The position numbers and the translations under genes were made by a program. Positions 46,846 through 55,130 of a DNA stretch of 64,000 nucleotides are shown one piece after another. The DNA comes from an uncultured Clostridia bacterium (lineage in GTDB: Bacteria > Bacillota > Clostridia > Oscillospirales > CAG-272): the NCBI GenBank assembly GCA_947628165.1, contig CANQYV010000002.1, positions 33,575 through 97,574 of the forward strand, given 5' to 3'. Positions within the stretch are counted from its first letter, which is position 1. Every line of letters begins with the position of its first letter. The notes beneath the pieces are model-generated. The model worked only from the letters and a program-made list of their open reading frames with translations, was not told the origin of the DNA and did not search any database.

Positions 46846-46886
46846 AGCGCCGCCGTATTGACACGGCGGCGCTTTGATGATATAAT
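46846..46886 (+). promoter_or_regulatory. consensus promoter of the TerB/ATPase/helicase cluster, with its -35 box enclosed by a perfect 10-bp inverted repeat
   Basis: AGCGCCGCCG-tatTTGACA-CGGCGGCGCT. TTGACA at 46858..46863, 17-nt spacer, TGaTATAAT at 46878..46886. The ATG follows at 46924 after gaggtggag. Confidence 0.7.
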
Positions 46887-46923
46887 CAAAAGATACAGAA
46901 AATATGTTTGCCGAGGTGGAGAA

Positions 46924-48696
46924 ATGGCAAAAGAACGCGGTATCCCGGACGATTTCTGGGACATAGGCTCGCTTTTGCCTAAAAAGCGCCCTCCCGTCAT
47001 GAGGGAGCGGAAGCCGGACGTTGAGACGGTGGAGCTCGAGCTGCCCGTGATAAAAAAGCCGGACGGCGGGCTGTCCGCGCGCTTCCGCGAGGTCAATGTT
47101 GATATCGTGAAAAGGGACGTCCGGACGGAAACGGTTAAGATAAATATAAACGCAGGGCGGAGGGGTACCGACACCGCCGCCGTCAATGTCAACGTCAAAA
47201 TTGATGCAAATGCAAACGTCAATACAAATTCGGGCTCCGGCTCCGTCGGCGCGGACGCGCTCAGGCTGCCGGAGAGACGGCGGACGGAGCGGCAGACGGC
47301 GGAGGTCGTCGACGAATACTTTCCCGAGGGCGGGCTCGTAAAGCGCGTCCGCATCATGAAGTGGGCGTCGAAATACAGTTTTTACGAGCAGTTCCGCTTC
47401 GACGCGAAGAGATATTCCGGCGAGCGCGGCGAGGAGTGCCCTGAGGTCGATTTTTTCTCATACACTCCGCAGTACAGGCAGATGTCGCGCGCGCAGCTTT
47501 CGTATTATTTCTGGTGGAGAAGGCGCGCGCTCGAGGGGGAGTGGCTGCCGGCGTCGTTTTCGTACGTTCTTCTGTTCGTTTACGAGACGATAAACCTCGG
47601 AGACGAGCTTACACCCGAGGAGGGGCTCGACAGGCTCACGGGCGTTTGGCTCGCGTACCGTGACAAATATCATGTGCTCGACAAATACCTGTCCGAATGG
47701 CTCGCCGACTACTGCATGATACACAGGCTGCCGCCTCCGAGGGAAAGGCTTTCCCCCATAATGCACGCGATAATGGAGAACGCGAGCTTCCGCGAATTTT
47801 ACATGGCGGGCGGCGAGGAAGGCATCCCGGCGGAGACGATGATAGCGCTCTCTTCCGACTACGACTGGCACAAGAGCAAATTTGCCGCCGACAACGGCGA
47901 GCTTTACGCGCGGCACATTCCCGCCGCCGTCGCGTATGTCGCAAAACGCTGCGGGGACGACACGTTTTCCGCAAAGGGGATGAGGTCCGCCGTCGTGTCG
48001 AGGGACGCGTACTGCGGCTCGCTCTGCGCCCACAACGTCAAATGCAGGATAGATATCGAGTACCTCTCCTTCGTCCGTTCGCGGGAGCTGAGGGGGCTTA
48101 TGACGGAGCTCGTGAAATATTCCGAAAACAGGCTGCGCGCCGCGCTCGGCGTGCGCTCGCGCCTGCGCGTCGGCGAGCTGCCGGAAAAATACCGCCTCAT
48201 CGCGGACGAATACTTCGACCGCGAGTTCCCGGAGACAAAAAAGCGCATGTCCCGCGCGGCTGAGGAGGCGGCGTATGAAGCATCGTATGAGGCGGCGTAT
48301 GACGCGCTCTCGCACGGACTTGACACGGGCGACGCGCTTTTGATAGAAAAGAGCTCGTGGGCGTCGACGGAGCTGCTCGTCGACGAGCCTGAAGAGACAG
48401 AAAAAGCAGAAAAGACGGAAGAGACGGAAAAGAAAGAGACCGACGCGGACACGGAGACGCATGAGGGCGGCATATTCGCACGGCTCGACGATGTGTCGGG
48501 GGAGTATCTGTCGGCGCTTTTGAGCCTCGGCGGGGACGCCGCGCATCGGCTGACTCTCGAGCGCGGCGTTTACGAGGACGAGATCGTCTCGCGCATCAAC
48601 GAGGCGGCGGTCGACGAAATAGGGGACATAATAATCGAGCCGGCGGACGGCGGATACAAAATCGTCGAGGATTACAGGGACGACATAACGGCATAG
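46924..48696 (+). CDS. TerB-N / TerB-C domain protein (Shango SngA-like)
   Basis: TerB-N-like core (VDFFSYTPQYRQMSRAQLSYYFWWRRRALEGEWLPASFSYVLLFVYETINL). Acidic linker. TerB-C-like tail (YEDEIVSRINEAAVDEIGDIIIE..YKIVEDY). Confidence 0.8.
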   Translation: MAKERGIPDDFWDIGSLLPKKRPPVMRERKPDVETVELELPVIKKPDGGLSARFREVNVDIVKRDVRTETVKININAGRRGTDTAAVNVNVKIDANANVNTNSGSGSVGADALRLPERRRTERQTAEVVDEYFPEGGLVKRVRIMKWASKYSFYEQFRFDAKRYSGERGEECPEVDFFSYTPQYRQMSRAQLSYYFWWRRRALEGEWLPASFSYVLLFVYETINLGDELTPEEGLDRLTGVWLAYRDKYHVLDKYLSEWLADYCMIHRLPPPRERLSPIMHAIMENASFREFYMAGGEEGIPAETMIALSSDYDWHKSKFAADNGELYARHIPAAVAYVAKRCGDDTFSAKGMRSAVVSRDAYCGSLCAHNVKCRIDIEYLSFVRSRELRGLMTELVKYSENRLRAALGVRSRLRVGELPEKYRLIADEYFDREFPETKKRMSRAAEEAAYEASYEAAYDALSHGLDTGDALLIEKSSWASTELLVDEPEETEKAEKTEETEKKETDADTETHEGGIFARLDDVSGEYLSALLSLGGDAAHRLTLERGVYEDEIVSRINEAAVDEIGDIIIEPADGGYKIVEDYRDDITA

Positions 48697-48711
48697 ATAT
48701 CGGAGGAAAGC

Positions 48712-50130
48712 ATGGAAAACGCAAAAACGGGCGGCGGCACGGCGCGCGTGCCGAAAAGGATACTGTCGCAGCTTATGAGCTCGCTTTCCGCGGGCGTCGT
48801 TCCGCGCGCGGGCGCGCCCTATATCGCGATAGGCAGGACCGAGGAGATAGCGGCGCTGACGGGAGACCTCGCCCGTGTCTCCGACGGCGAGGGCGCTATG
48901 CGCTTTATAATAGGAAGATACGGCTCGGGCAAGAGCTTTCTGCTCCAGCTCATGCGCGGATACGCGCTCGAGCGCGGCTTTGTCACGGCGGACTGCGATC
49001 TCTCGACAGAGCGCAGACTCTGCGGCTCGTCGGGCACGGGGCTTGCGACGTACCGCGAGCTTTTACGAAATCTCGCGACAAAGTCGTCGCCGGACGGCGG
49101 CGCGCTGCCGCAGCTTCTGGCAAGGTGGATATCGGATATAAAGTCCTCCGTCGCATCCGGCGGCGCCGAGGTCGGCGGCGAAAGGTTCGACGCGGACGTG
49201 AAGGCAAGAATATTCGAGGTCATAAGAGGGCTTGAGGCGGGCGTCGGCGGATTTGACTTCGCGCTCGTGCTGTCGAGGTATTACGAGGCCTGCGAGGCGG
49301 GCGACGAGGAAAAAAAGAGCGCATGCCTGCGCTGGCTCAGAGGGGAATATTCGACAAAGACGGAGGCAAAGGCGGCGCTCGGCGTCGGAATGATAGTGAA
49401 CGACGACAACTGGTACGACGAGATAAAGCTCATCTCGCGCCTCGTCTCCGGGATAGGGTACGCGGGGCTCGCCGTGTTCATAGACGAATGCGTCAATCTC
49501 TATAAGATACCGAACAGGATCTCAAGGGAGAACAATTACGAAAAGATCCTGTCGATGTATAACGACACGCTCGAGGGCAGGGCGGAGCATCTTTTCCTCG
49601 TCTTTTGCGGCACGCCGCAGTTTCTCGAGGACAGGCGGCGCGGGCTCTTCAGCTATGAGGCGCTGAGGGGAAGGCTCGCGGACGGGAGATTTGACAACGG
49701 CGAGTACAAGAACATGCTCGGCCCCGTCATAAGGCTGAGAAGGCTATCTGACAACGAGCTTCTGGCGCTCGTTCTGCGCGTGACGGCGCTGCACGCGGAA
49801 AATTACGGCTGGACGCCGCGCATCTCCGACGGCGACCCCGAGGCGTTCGTCCGCGCGAGCCTCGAGATGGCGGGGGCAAATGTAATGATAACTCCGCGCG
49901 AAATAATAAGGGACTATATCTCGGTGCTGAATATTCTTTATCAGAACCCCGAGGCGGCCTTTTCCGACGTCGTCGGCACGGCGCTGACGCTGACGCCCGC
50001 AGGCGAGGCGGACGACATCACGGAAGAAACGGATGCCGCAGCCAAAGCAGACACGAGAGCCGACGCAAAAGCCGACGCGGCAGAGAAAAATCCCGCCTCA
50101 AGCTTCGACCCCAACGATATCGTAATATAA
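48712..50130 (+). CDS. DUF2791 / BrxD-like P-loop ATPase (Shango SngB-like)
   Basis: Walker A IIGRYGSGKSFLL, Walker B LAVFIDECVNL, and a TYRELLRNLAT block. ggagga RBS 15 nt after the upstream stop. Confidence 0.8.
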   Translation: MENAKTGGGTARVPKRILSQLMSSLSAGVVPRAGAPYIAIGRTEEIAALTGDLARVSDGEGAMRFIIGRYGSGKSFLLQLMRGYALERGFVTADCDLSTERRLCGSSGTGLATYRELLRNLATKSSPDGGALPQLLARWISDIKSSVASGGAEVGGERFDADVKARIFEVIRGLEAGVGGFDFALVLSRYYEACEAGDEEKKSACLRWLRGEYSTKTEAKAALGVGMIVNDDNWYDEIKLISRLVSGIGYAGLAVFIDECVNLYKIPNRISRENNYEKILSMYNDTLEGRAEHLFLVFCGTPQFLEDRRRGLFSYEALRGRLADGRFDNGEYKNMLGPVIRLRRLSDNELLALVLRVTALHAENYGWTPRISDGDPEAFVRASLEMAGANVMITPREIIRDYISVLNILYQNPEAAFSDVVGTALTLTPAGEADDITEETDAAAKADTRADAKADAAEKNPASSFDPNDIVI

Positions 50131-50162
50131 GCCAAATTTCCCCACGCACCCGAAAAAATCCC

Positions 50163-50229
50163 TAAAAAGTTTTGGAAAAGAGAGGGCGCGGGGGAGAAAA
50201 ACCTTTCTCAAAAGGTTTTCCTCCCCCGC
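50163..50229. repeat. dispersed hairpin element, copy E, inside the candidate defence cluster
   Basis: taaaaagttttggaaaagagagggc + GCGGGGGAGAAAAACCTTTctcaAAAGGTTTTCCTCCCCCGC. No T-run follows on the + strand. Confidence 0.75.
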
Positions 50230-50248
50230 ATATAAAAAGCAAACCTAT

Positions 50249-52507
50249 ATGAGAACAGCCGAAGAAGTAATAGAGCGGTTTGCGCCGTTCATACAGGAAT
50301 ACATCTATTCGCACGGCTGGGAGAGCCTGCACGATGTGCAGCTCTGCGCCGCCGAAACAATATTCTGCACAGACAACAATCTGCTCATAACGTCGGCGAC
50401 GGCGTCCGGCAAGACGGAGGCGGCGTTTTTCCCCATTCTCTCCGAGTTCTGCTCGGACCCGCCGAAGAGCGTCGGCGCGCTGTATATAGCGCCGCTCAAG
50501 AGCCTCATAAACGACCAGTTTTCCCGCATCGACGAGCTTCTCGACATGACGGGGATCCCGGTATATCACTGGCACGGCGACGTCGCGCAGTCGCACAAGA
50601 CGAAGCTTTTGAAGTCGCCGTCGGGTATCTTACAGATAACGCCGGAGTCGCTCGAATCGATGCTGATGAACAGGCCGAACGACATACCGCGCCTTTTCGG
50701 AGACCTGCGCTACGTCATAATAGACGAGATACACACGATGACGAACACGGACCGCGGGAATCAGGTCATCTGCCAGCTTGAGCGCATATCGCGCTCGATA
50801 GGGCACAGACCGAGAAGGATAGGTCTTTCGGCGACGGTCGGCGATCCCGAGGCGGCGGCAAGGTGGCTCTCGGGCGGCGATACTCGCGACTGCGACATCC
50901 CGCGCCCGGCGGAGCGCCCGCTTCGGTGGCGGCTGGGGCTCGAGCATTTCTTCCTCGCGGACGAGGAGACGCTTCACACGGGGACGCACGAGATAAGAAA
51001 AACGCCGTCGCAGGGCGACCTCGGATTTTCCGACGGAGAGGGGCCGACGGAGATCGACCCCGGATACGAATACGTCTACGACTGCGTAAAGGGCAGGCGC
51101 GCGCTCGTCTTCTCAAATTCGCGCGAGGAGACGGAATACGTCTGCGCGACGCTGCGTCAGATAGCGGAAAACAGGCACGAGCCCGACATTTTCCTCATAC
51201 ATCACGGCAATCTTTCCGCCTCTATAAGAGAGGAGGCGGAGCTGCTCCTCAAGAGCGAGGAGGAGAGGATGGTGGCGTGCGCCACTGTCACGATGGAGCT
51301 GGGGATAGACATCGGAAAGCTCGAAAGGATCGTGCAGATAGGCTCGCCGACGTCCGTTTCGAGCTTCCTTCAGAGGCTCGGGCGGTCGGGGAGGCGCGGC
51401 GACCCGCCGGAGATGATGATGGTGTTCCGAGAGGAGCCGCACGTTCCGAACACGCCGCTCCCGCAGCTTATGCCGTGGGAGCTTCTGCGCGCCATAGCGA
51501 TAATACAGCTCTATATAGAGGAGCGGTTCATAGAGCCGCCGCTGACGAGAAGAATGCCGTTCTCGCTCTTGTTCCAGCAGACGCTGTCCGTCCTCATATC
51601 GTCGGGCGAGCTCACGCCGAAAGCGCTCGCGGAGCGCGTTTTGTCCCTGCCGCCGTTCAGGCAGGTCGACCGCGAGGATTACAGGACCCTGCTCGTCTCG
51701 ATGATAAAAAACGATTTTCTCGAATATACAGACGAGGGCGGGCTCATAATCGGAATAAAGGGAGAGAGACTGACGTCGGGCTTCAAGTTCTACGCGGTAT
51801 TCAAGGATTCGGAGGACTACACGGTGCGCTGTGAGTCCGACGAAATAGGCACGATATCGGAGGCGCCGCCCGTCGGCGACAGGTTCGCGCTCGCCGGGCG
51901 CGTCTGGGAGGTCGAGGAGCTCGACCTGCCGAGAAAGCTCATATATGTAAAGTCCGTCGGCGGAAAGATGGAGATATCGTGGCCGGGCGAGTTCGGAGAG
52001 ATACACACCCGCATACTCGAGCGGATGTACCGCGTCCTTGCCGAGGATACGCAGTACCCGTACCTCAAGGCGGGCGCGATGAGGAGGCTTGACGCGGCGA
52101 GGCACACGGCGAGAAACACCGGTATGCTCGACGGACCGATAGTGTCGCTCGGCGGGCTGTCGTACTGCATGTTCCCGTGGCTCGGGACGAAGAGCTTCCG
52201 CACGCTGAGGCGGTACCTTGCGAAGAACGCGCAGAAATACAAGATATCGGGGATAGAGTTCGAGGGCTGCTGCTTCATAGAGTTCAAAATGGAGAAGGCG
52301 GACAAAAACGCGCTGATGGAGGATATAAACCGCGACTTTGCCGCGGGCGTCGACAAATACTCCCTCGTCGGCGAAAACGAGACTCCGGCGTTCGACAAGT
52401 ACGACGACTACGTCCCCTCGGAGCTTTTGCGCCGCGCTTACGCCGAGGAAAGGCTCCGCACCGACGAGATAGAGGCGCGGGCGAAAAACGGCTGGCGCAT
52501 AGAATAA
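50249..52507 (+). CDS. Lhr-like DEAD/DEAH-box superfamily-2 helicase (Shango SngC / BrxHI-like)
   Basis: Motif I TSATASGKTEAAF, motif II VIIDEIHTM, motif III SAT, motif VI LQRLGRSGRRG, plus a long C-terminal domain. Confidence 0.85.
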   Translation: MRTAEEVIERFAPFIQEYIYSHGWESLHDVQLCAAETIFCTDNNLLITSATASGKTEAAFFPILSEFCSDPPKSVGALYIAPLKSLINDQFSRIDELLDMTGIPVYHWHGDVAQSHKTKLLKSPSGILQITPESLESMLMNRPNDIPRLFGDLRYVIIDEIHTMTNTDRGNQVICQLERISRSIGHRPRRIGLSATVGDPEAAARWLSGGDTRDCDIPRPAERPLRWRLGLEHFFLADEETLHTGTHEIRKTPSQGDLGFSDGEGPTEIDPGYEYVYDCVKGRRALVFSNSREETEYVCATLRQIAENRHEPDIFLIHHGNLSASIREEAELLLKSEEERMVACATVTMELGIDIGKLERIVQIGSPTSVSSFLQRLGRSGRRGDPPEMMMVFREEPHVPNTPLPQLMPWELLRAIAIIQLYIEERFIEPPLTRRMPFSLLFQQTLSVLISSGELTPKALAERVLSLPPFRQVDREDYRTLLVSMIKNDFLEYTDEGGLIIGIKGERLTSGFKFYAVFKDSEDYTVRCESDEIGTISEAPPVGDRFALAGRVWEVEELDLPRKLIYVKSVGGKMEISWPGEFGEIHTRILERMYRVLAEDTQYPYLKAGAMRRLDAARHTARNTGMLDGPIVSLGGLSYCMFPWLGTKSFRTLRRYLAKNAQKYKISGIEFEGCCFIEFKMEKADKNALMEDINRDFAAGVDKYSLVGENETPAFDKYDDYVPSELLRRAYAEERLRTDEIEARAKNGWRIE

Positions 52508-52510
52508 AAA

Positions 52511-54949
52511 ATGAAGACGGAATACGACAGGGAGATAGGCACCGTCACGGTCTCGGTGCGCGACCTCGTGGAGCTTGTCTGCCGCGGAGGCAGCATAGGA
52601 GGGCGGCAGGGAGTCAGCGCCGCCGACGGGATATCGGCGCACAAAAACGAGGAGGACGGCGCGCGGGACGCAATGACGGAGGTCCCGCTCGAATGCGAAT
52701 TTCAGACGGGAGGCATAACATACCGCGTGCTCGGTCGGGCGGATATGATAATCCCCGGCGAGCCCGACATTGTCGAGGAGCTCAAAACGACGCCGTCGAC
52801 ATTCGTCGGCGGAAACGACGCGATCCCGAAGGCGCACATCGCGCAGGGCGTGCTATACGCGCATATGTGGTGCCGCGGAACGGGAGCCGCCTCGGCGGCG
52901 GTAAGAATAACTTACGTTCCGAAAAAGGAGGGCAGACGCCGCAGCTTCGAGTGCGTCTTTTCGGCGCAGGAGCTGAAGGCCGAGGCGGAAGCTCTTGTCG
53001 GGAAATACGCGAGGTGGGCGTCGCTTGAGATATCGCGCGCGACGGAGCGCGAGGCGTCCGTCAAGGCGATAAGGTTCCCGTTCGGGCAGCCGCGCGAGGG
53101 ACAGACCGAGTTCATGGAGGCCGTCATGAGGGCGGCAAGACGGCGCGGGCGTGCGCTGATTCAGGCGCCGACCGGGACGGGAAAGACGATGGCGGCGCTC
53201 TACCCGGCTGTGAAGGCGCTCGGCGTCGGCTATACGGACAGGATCTTTTATCTGACGCCGAAAACCTCGACCCGGCTTGCCGCGGAGGAGGCGGCGGGCA
53301 CGCTCGCGGCGGCGTGCCGCGTGCTGCGGTCAGTGACGATACTTGCAAAGGAGCGCGTCTGCCCCGCGGCCGAGAGACTGCGGTCGGGAGAGGTCTGCTC
53401 GGCGGAGAGCTGCGAGCGCGCGAACGGTCACTACGACCGCGTCGGCGACGCGCTGTGGGAGCTTATAGCGGAGTTCGGCGCCGGCCGCCACATCGGTCCC
53501 GGAGATATAGTGCGGACGGCGGAGAAATACAAGGTCTGCCCGTACGAGCTCTCGCTTGACGTCTCCGATATGTGCGACATAATAATCTGCGACTACAATT
53601 ATGTTTTCGATCCGCGCGTATATCTGCGTCGCTTCTTTGAGGACGCGCCTCAGAGCGAGCACAAGGGGGAGCGGTACATGTTTCTCTGCGACGAGGCGCA
53701 CGACCTTGTCGACCGCGCGCGGGATATGTTTTCGGCGGGGATATCGCTCGCCGAGGCGGAGTCTGCGCTCGTGTTCGCGGAGAAGGAGAGCGGCCTTCAC
53801 GACGCGCTCTCTGCCGTATGCGATGAAATGAAAAGGCTGCGCGGCCTCTGCGGGGAGGTGACGCGCGGCGAGGACGGAGAGGCGAGCGGATATTACGTCG
53901 GAAGGGAGCCGTTTTCGGCGCTCGCGTCCCTTTCCGCGAAGGCGGCGGACGAATGCGGAAGAGAGGCGTTCTTCCTGCGCCGTTCGGAGTCTGCGGATGA
54001 GAGGCGGCGCGCCTCGTCGCTGTCGTCGTTCAGACGCACGCTGTCCGACTTTGCCGCGTCCGCGGACGGGTTCGACAAGCGGCACACGGCGTATATAGAG
54101 ATGTCGGGCGGGGACACGAGGATATCGCATCTGTGTCTTGACGCGTCGGGGCACCTCTCGGAAAGGTTCGGCAGGGCGTCGTCCGCCGTGCTGTTTTCGG
54201 CGACGCTTGAACCGCCGGACTATTTCGCGAGCGTGCTCGGGCTCGGCGACTGCGACACGGTGGAGCTGCCGTCCCCGTATTCGGAGGAAAATCTCTGTCT
54301 GCTCGCGGCGGACAAAATAAGCACCCGCATGGGAGACAGGGAGACGACGTCGGCAGATATCGCCGCTATGGTGTACGCGCTCGCGATGGCGAAGACGGGA
54401 AATTACATCTGCTATCTGCCGTCGTACAAATATCTCGAAACGGTGTCCCGCGTTTTCTGCGGCAGATATGCGCAGGGCGAGGTCGACGTCGTCATTCAGG
54501 AGAAGAGGATGACGGAGCGCGAGCGGGAGAGGTTCCTCTCGTCGTTCTCGCCGTCGCCGAACAGGAGCCGCGTCGGGTTTGCAGTGCTCGGCGGCGTCTT
54601 TTCCGAGGGAGTCGACCTTCCGGGAGACAGGCTCTCGGGCGTCGTCATCGTCGGCGTCGGGCTGCCGGGGCTTTCGTCGGAGACGAATCTGCTCCGCGAC
54701 TACTACGAGCGCGTCTGCGAGCGCGGATACGAGTTCGCGTATGTATTCCCCGGGATGAACAAGGTGCTGCAAGCGGCGGGACGCGTCATAAGGGGCGAGC
54801 GAGACCGCGGCGTCGTCCTTTTGATAGACGACAGGTTCGCGTCGAGGGAGTACACGAGGCTCTTCCCCTCGCACTGGCGCGGCATCCGCTACGTCGGAGA
54901 TCTGCGCTCGCTGGGAGTCGCGCTGCGCGCTTTCTGGGACGGAAAATGA
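52511..54949 (+). CDS. PD-(D/E)XK (RecB/Cas4-like) nuclease domain fused to an XPD/DinG/Rad3-type Fe-S helicase
   Basis: N-terminus GRADMII..IVEELKT..QGVLYAHM. Helicase motif I IQAPTGTGKT. Four-Cys cluster (VCPAAE..VCSAESCE..VCPYE). DEAH box LCDEAHDL. C-terminal QAAGRVIR. Starts 3 nt after the upstream stop. Confidence 0.8.
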   Translation: MKTEYDREIGTVTVSVRDLVELVCRGGSIGGRQGVSAADGISAHKNEEDGARDAMTEVPLECEFQTGGITYRVLGRADMIIPGEPDIVEELKTTPSTFVGGNDAIPKAHIAQGVLYAHMWCRGTGAASAAVRITYVPKKEGRRRSFECVFSAQELKAEAEALVGKYARWASLEISRATEREASVKAIRFPFGQPREGQTEFMEAVMRAARRRGRALIQAPTGTGKTMAALYPAVKALGVGYTDRIFYLTPKTSTRLAAEEAAGTLAAACRVLRSVTILAKERVCPAAERLRSGEVCSAESCERANGHYDRVGDALWELIAEFGAGRHIGPGDIVRTAEKYKVCPYELSLDVSDMCDIIICDYNYVFDPRVYLRRFFEDAPQSEHKGERYMFLCDEAHDLVDRARDMFSAGISLAEAESALVFAEKESGLHDALSAVCDEMKRLRGLCGEVTRGEDGEASGYYVGREPFSALASLSAKAADECGREAFFLRRSESADERRRASSLSSFRRTLSDFAASADGFDKRHTAYIEMSGGDTRISHLCLDASGHLSERFGRASSAVLFSATLEPPDYFASVLGLGDCDTVELPSPYSEENLCLLAADKISTRMGDRETTSADIAAMVYALAMAKTGNYICYLPSYKYLETVSRVFCGRYAQGEVDVVIQEKRMTERERERFLSSFSPSPNRSRVGFAVLGGVFSEGVDLPGDRLSGVVIVGVGLPGLSSETNLLRDYYERVCERGYEFAYVFPGMNKVLQAAGRVIRGERDRGVVLLIDDRFASREYTRLFPSHWRGIRYVGDLRSLGVALRAFWDGK

Positions 54950-55130
54950 GGCGCAGTTGTGCTTTTTCACAGGAAAACGGCGCCCGAGCACAAAATTATT
55001 GTATAATGCCCCTGCATAATTGTGTTGCAATTTTTTCATCTTTATAATATAATAGATACACTGCCCGTACAAAAATGAAATTGTGTTGCTTTCAAATTGC
55101 AAAAAAATGAAAGCGGGAGAGGACTTCACT

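Noticed and set aside
48712-52507. BREX system, because of the BrxD-like ATPase and BrxHI-like helicase
   Set aside because: No PglX methyltransferase, PglZ phosphatase, BrxC, BrxA or BrxB genes occur in or near the cluster. The TerB-N/TerB-C partner points to the Shango-type architecture instead.
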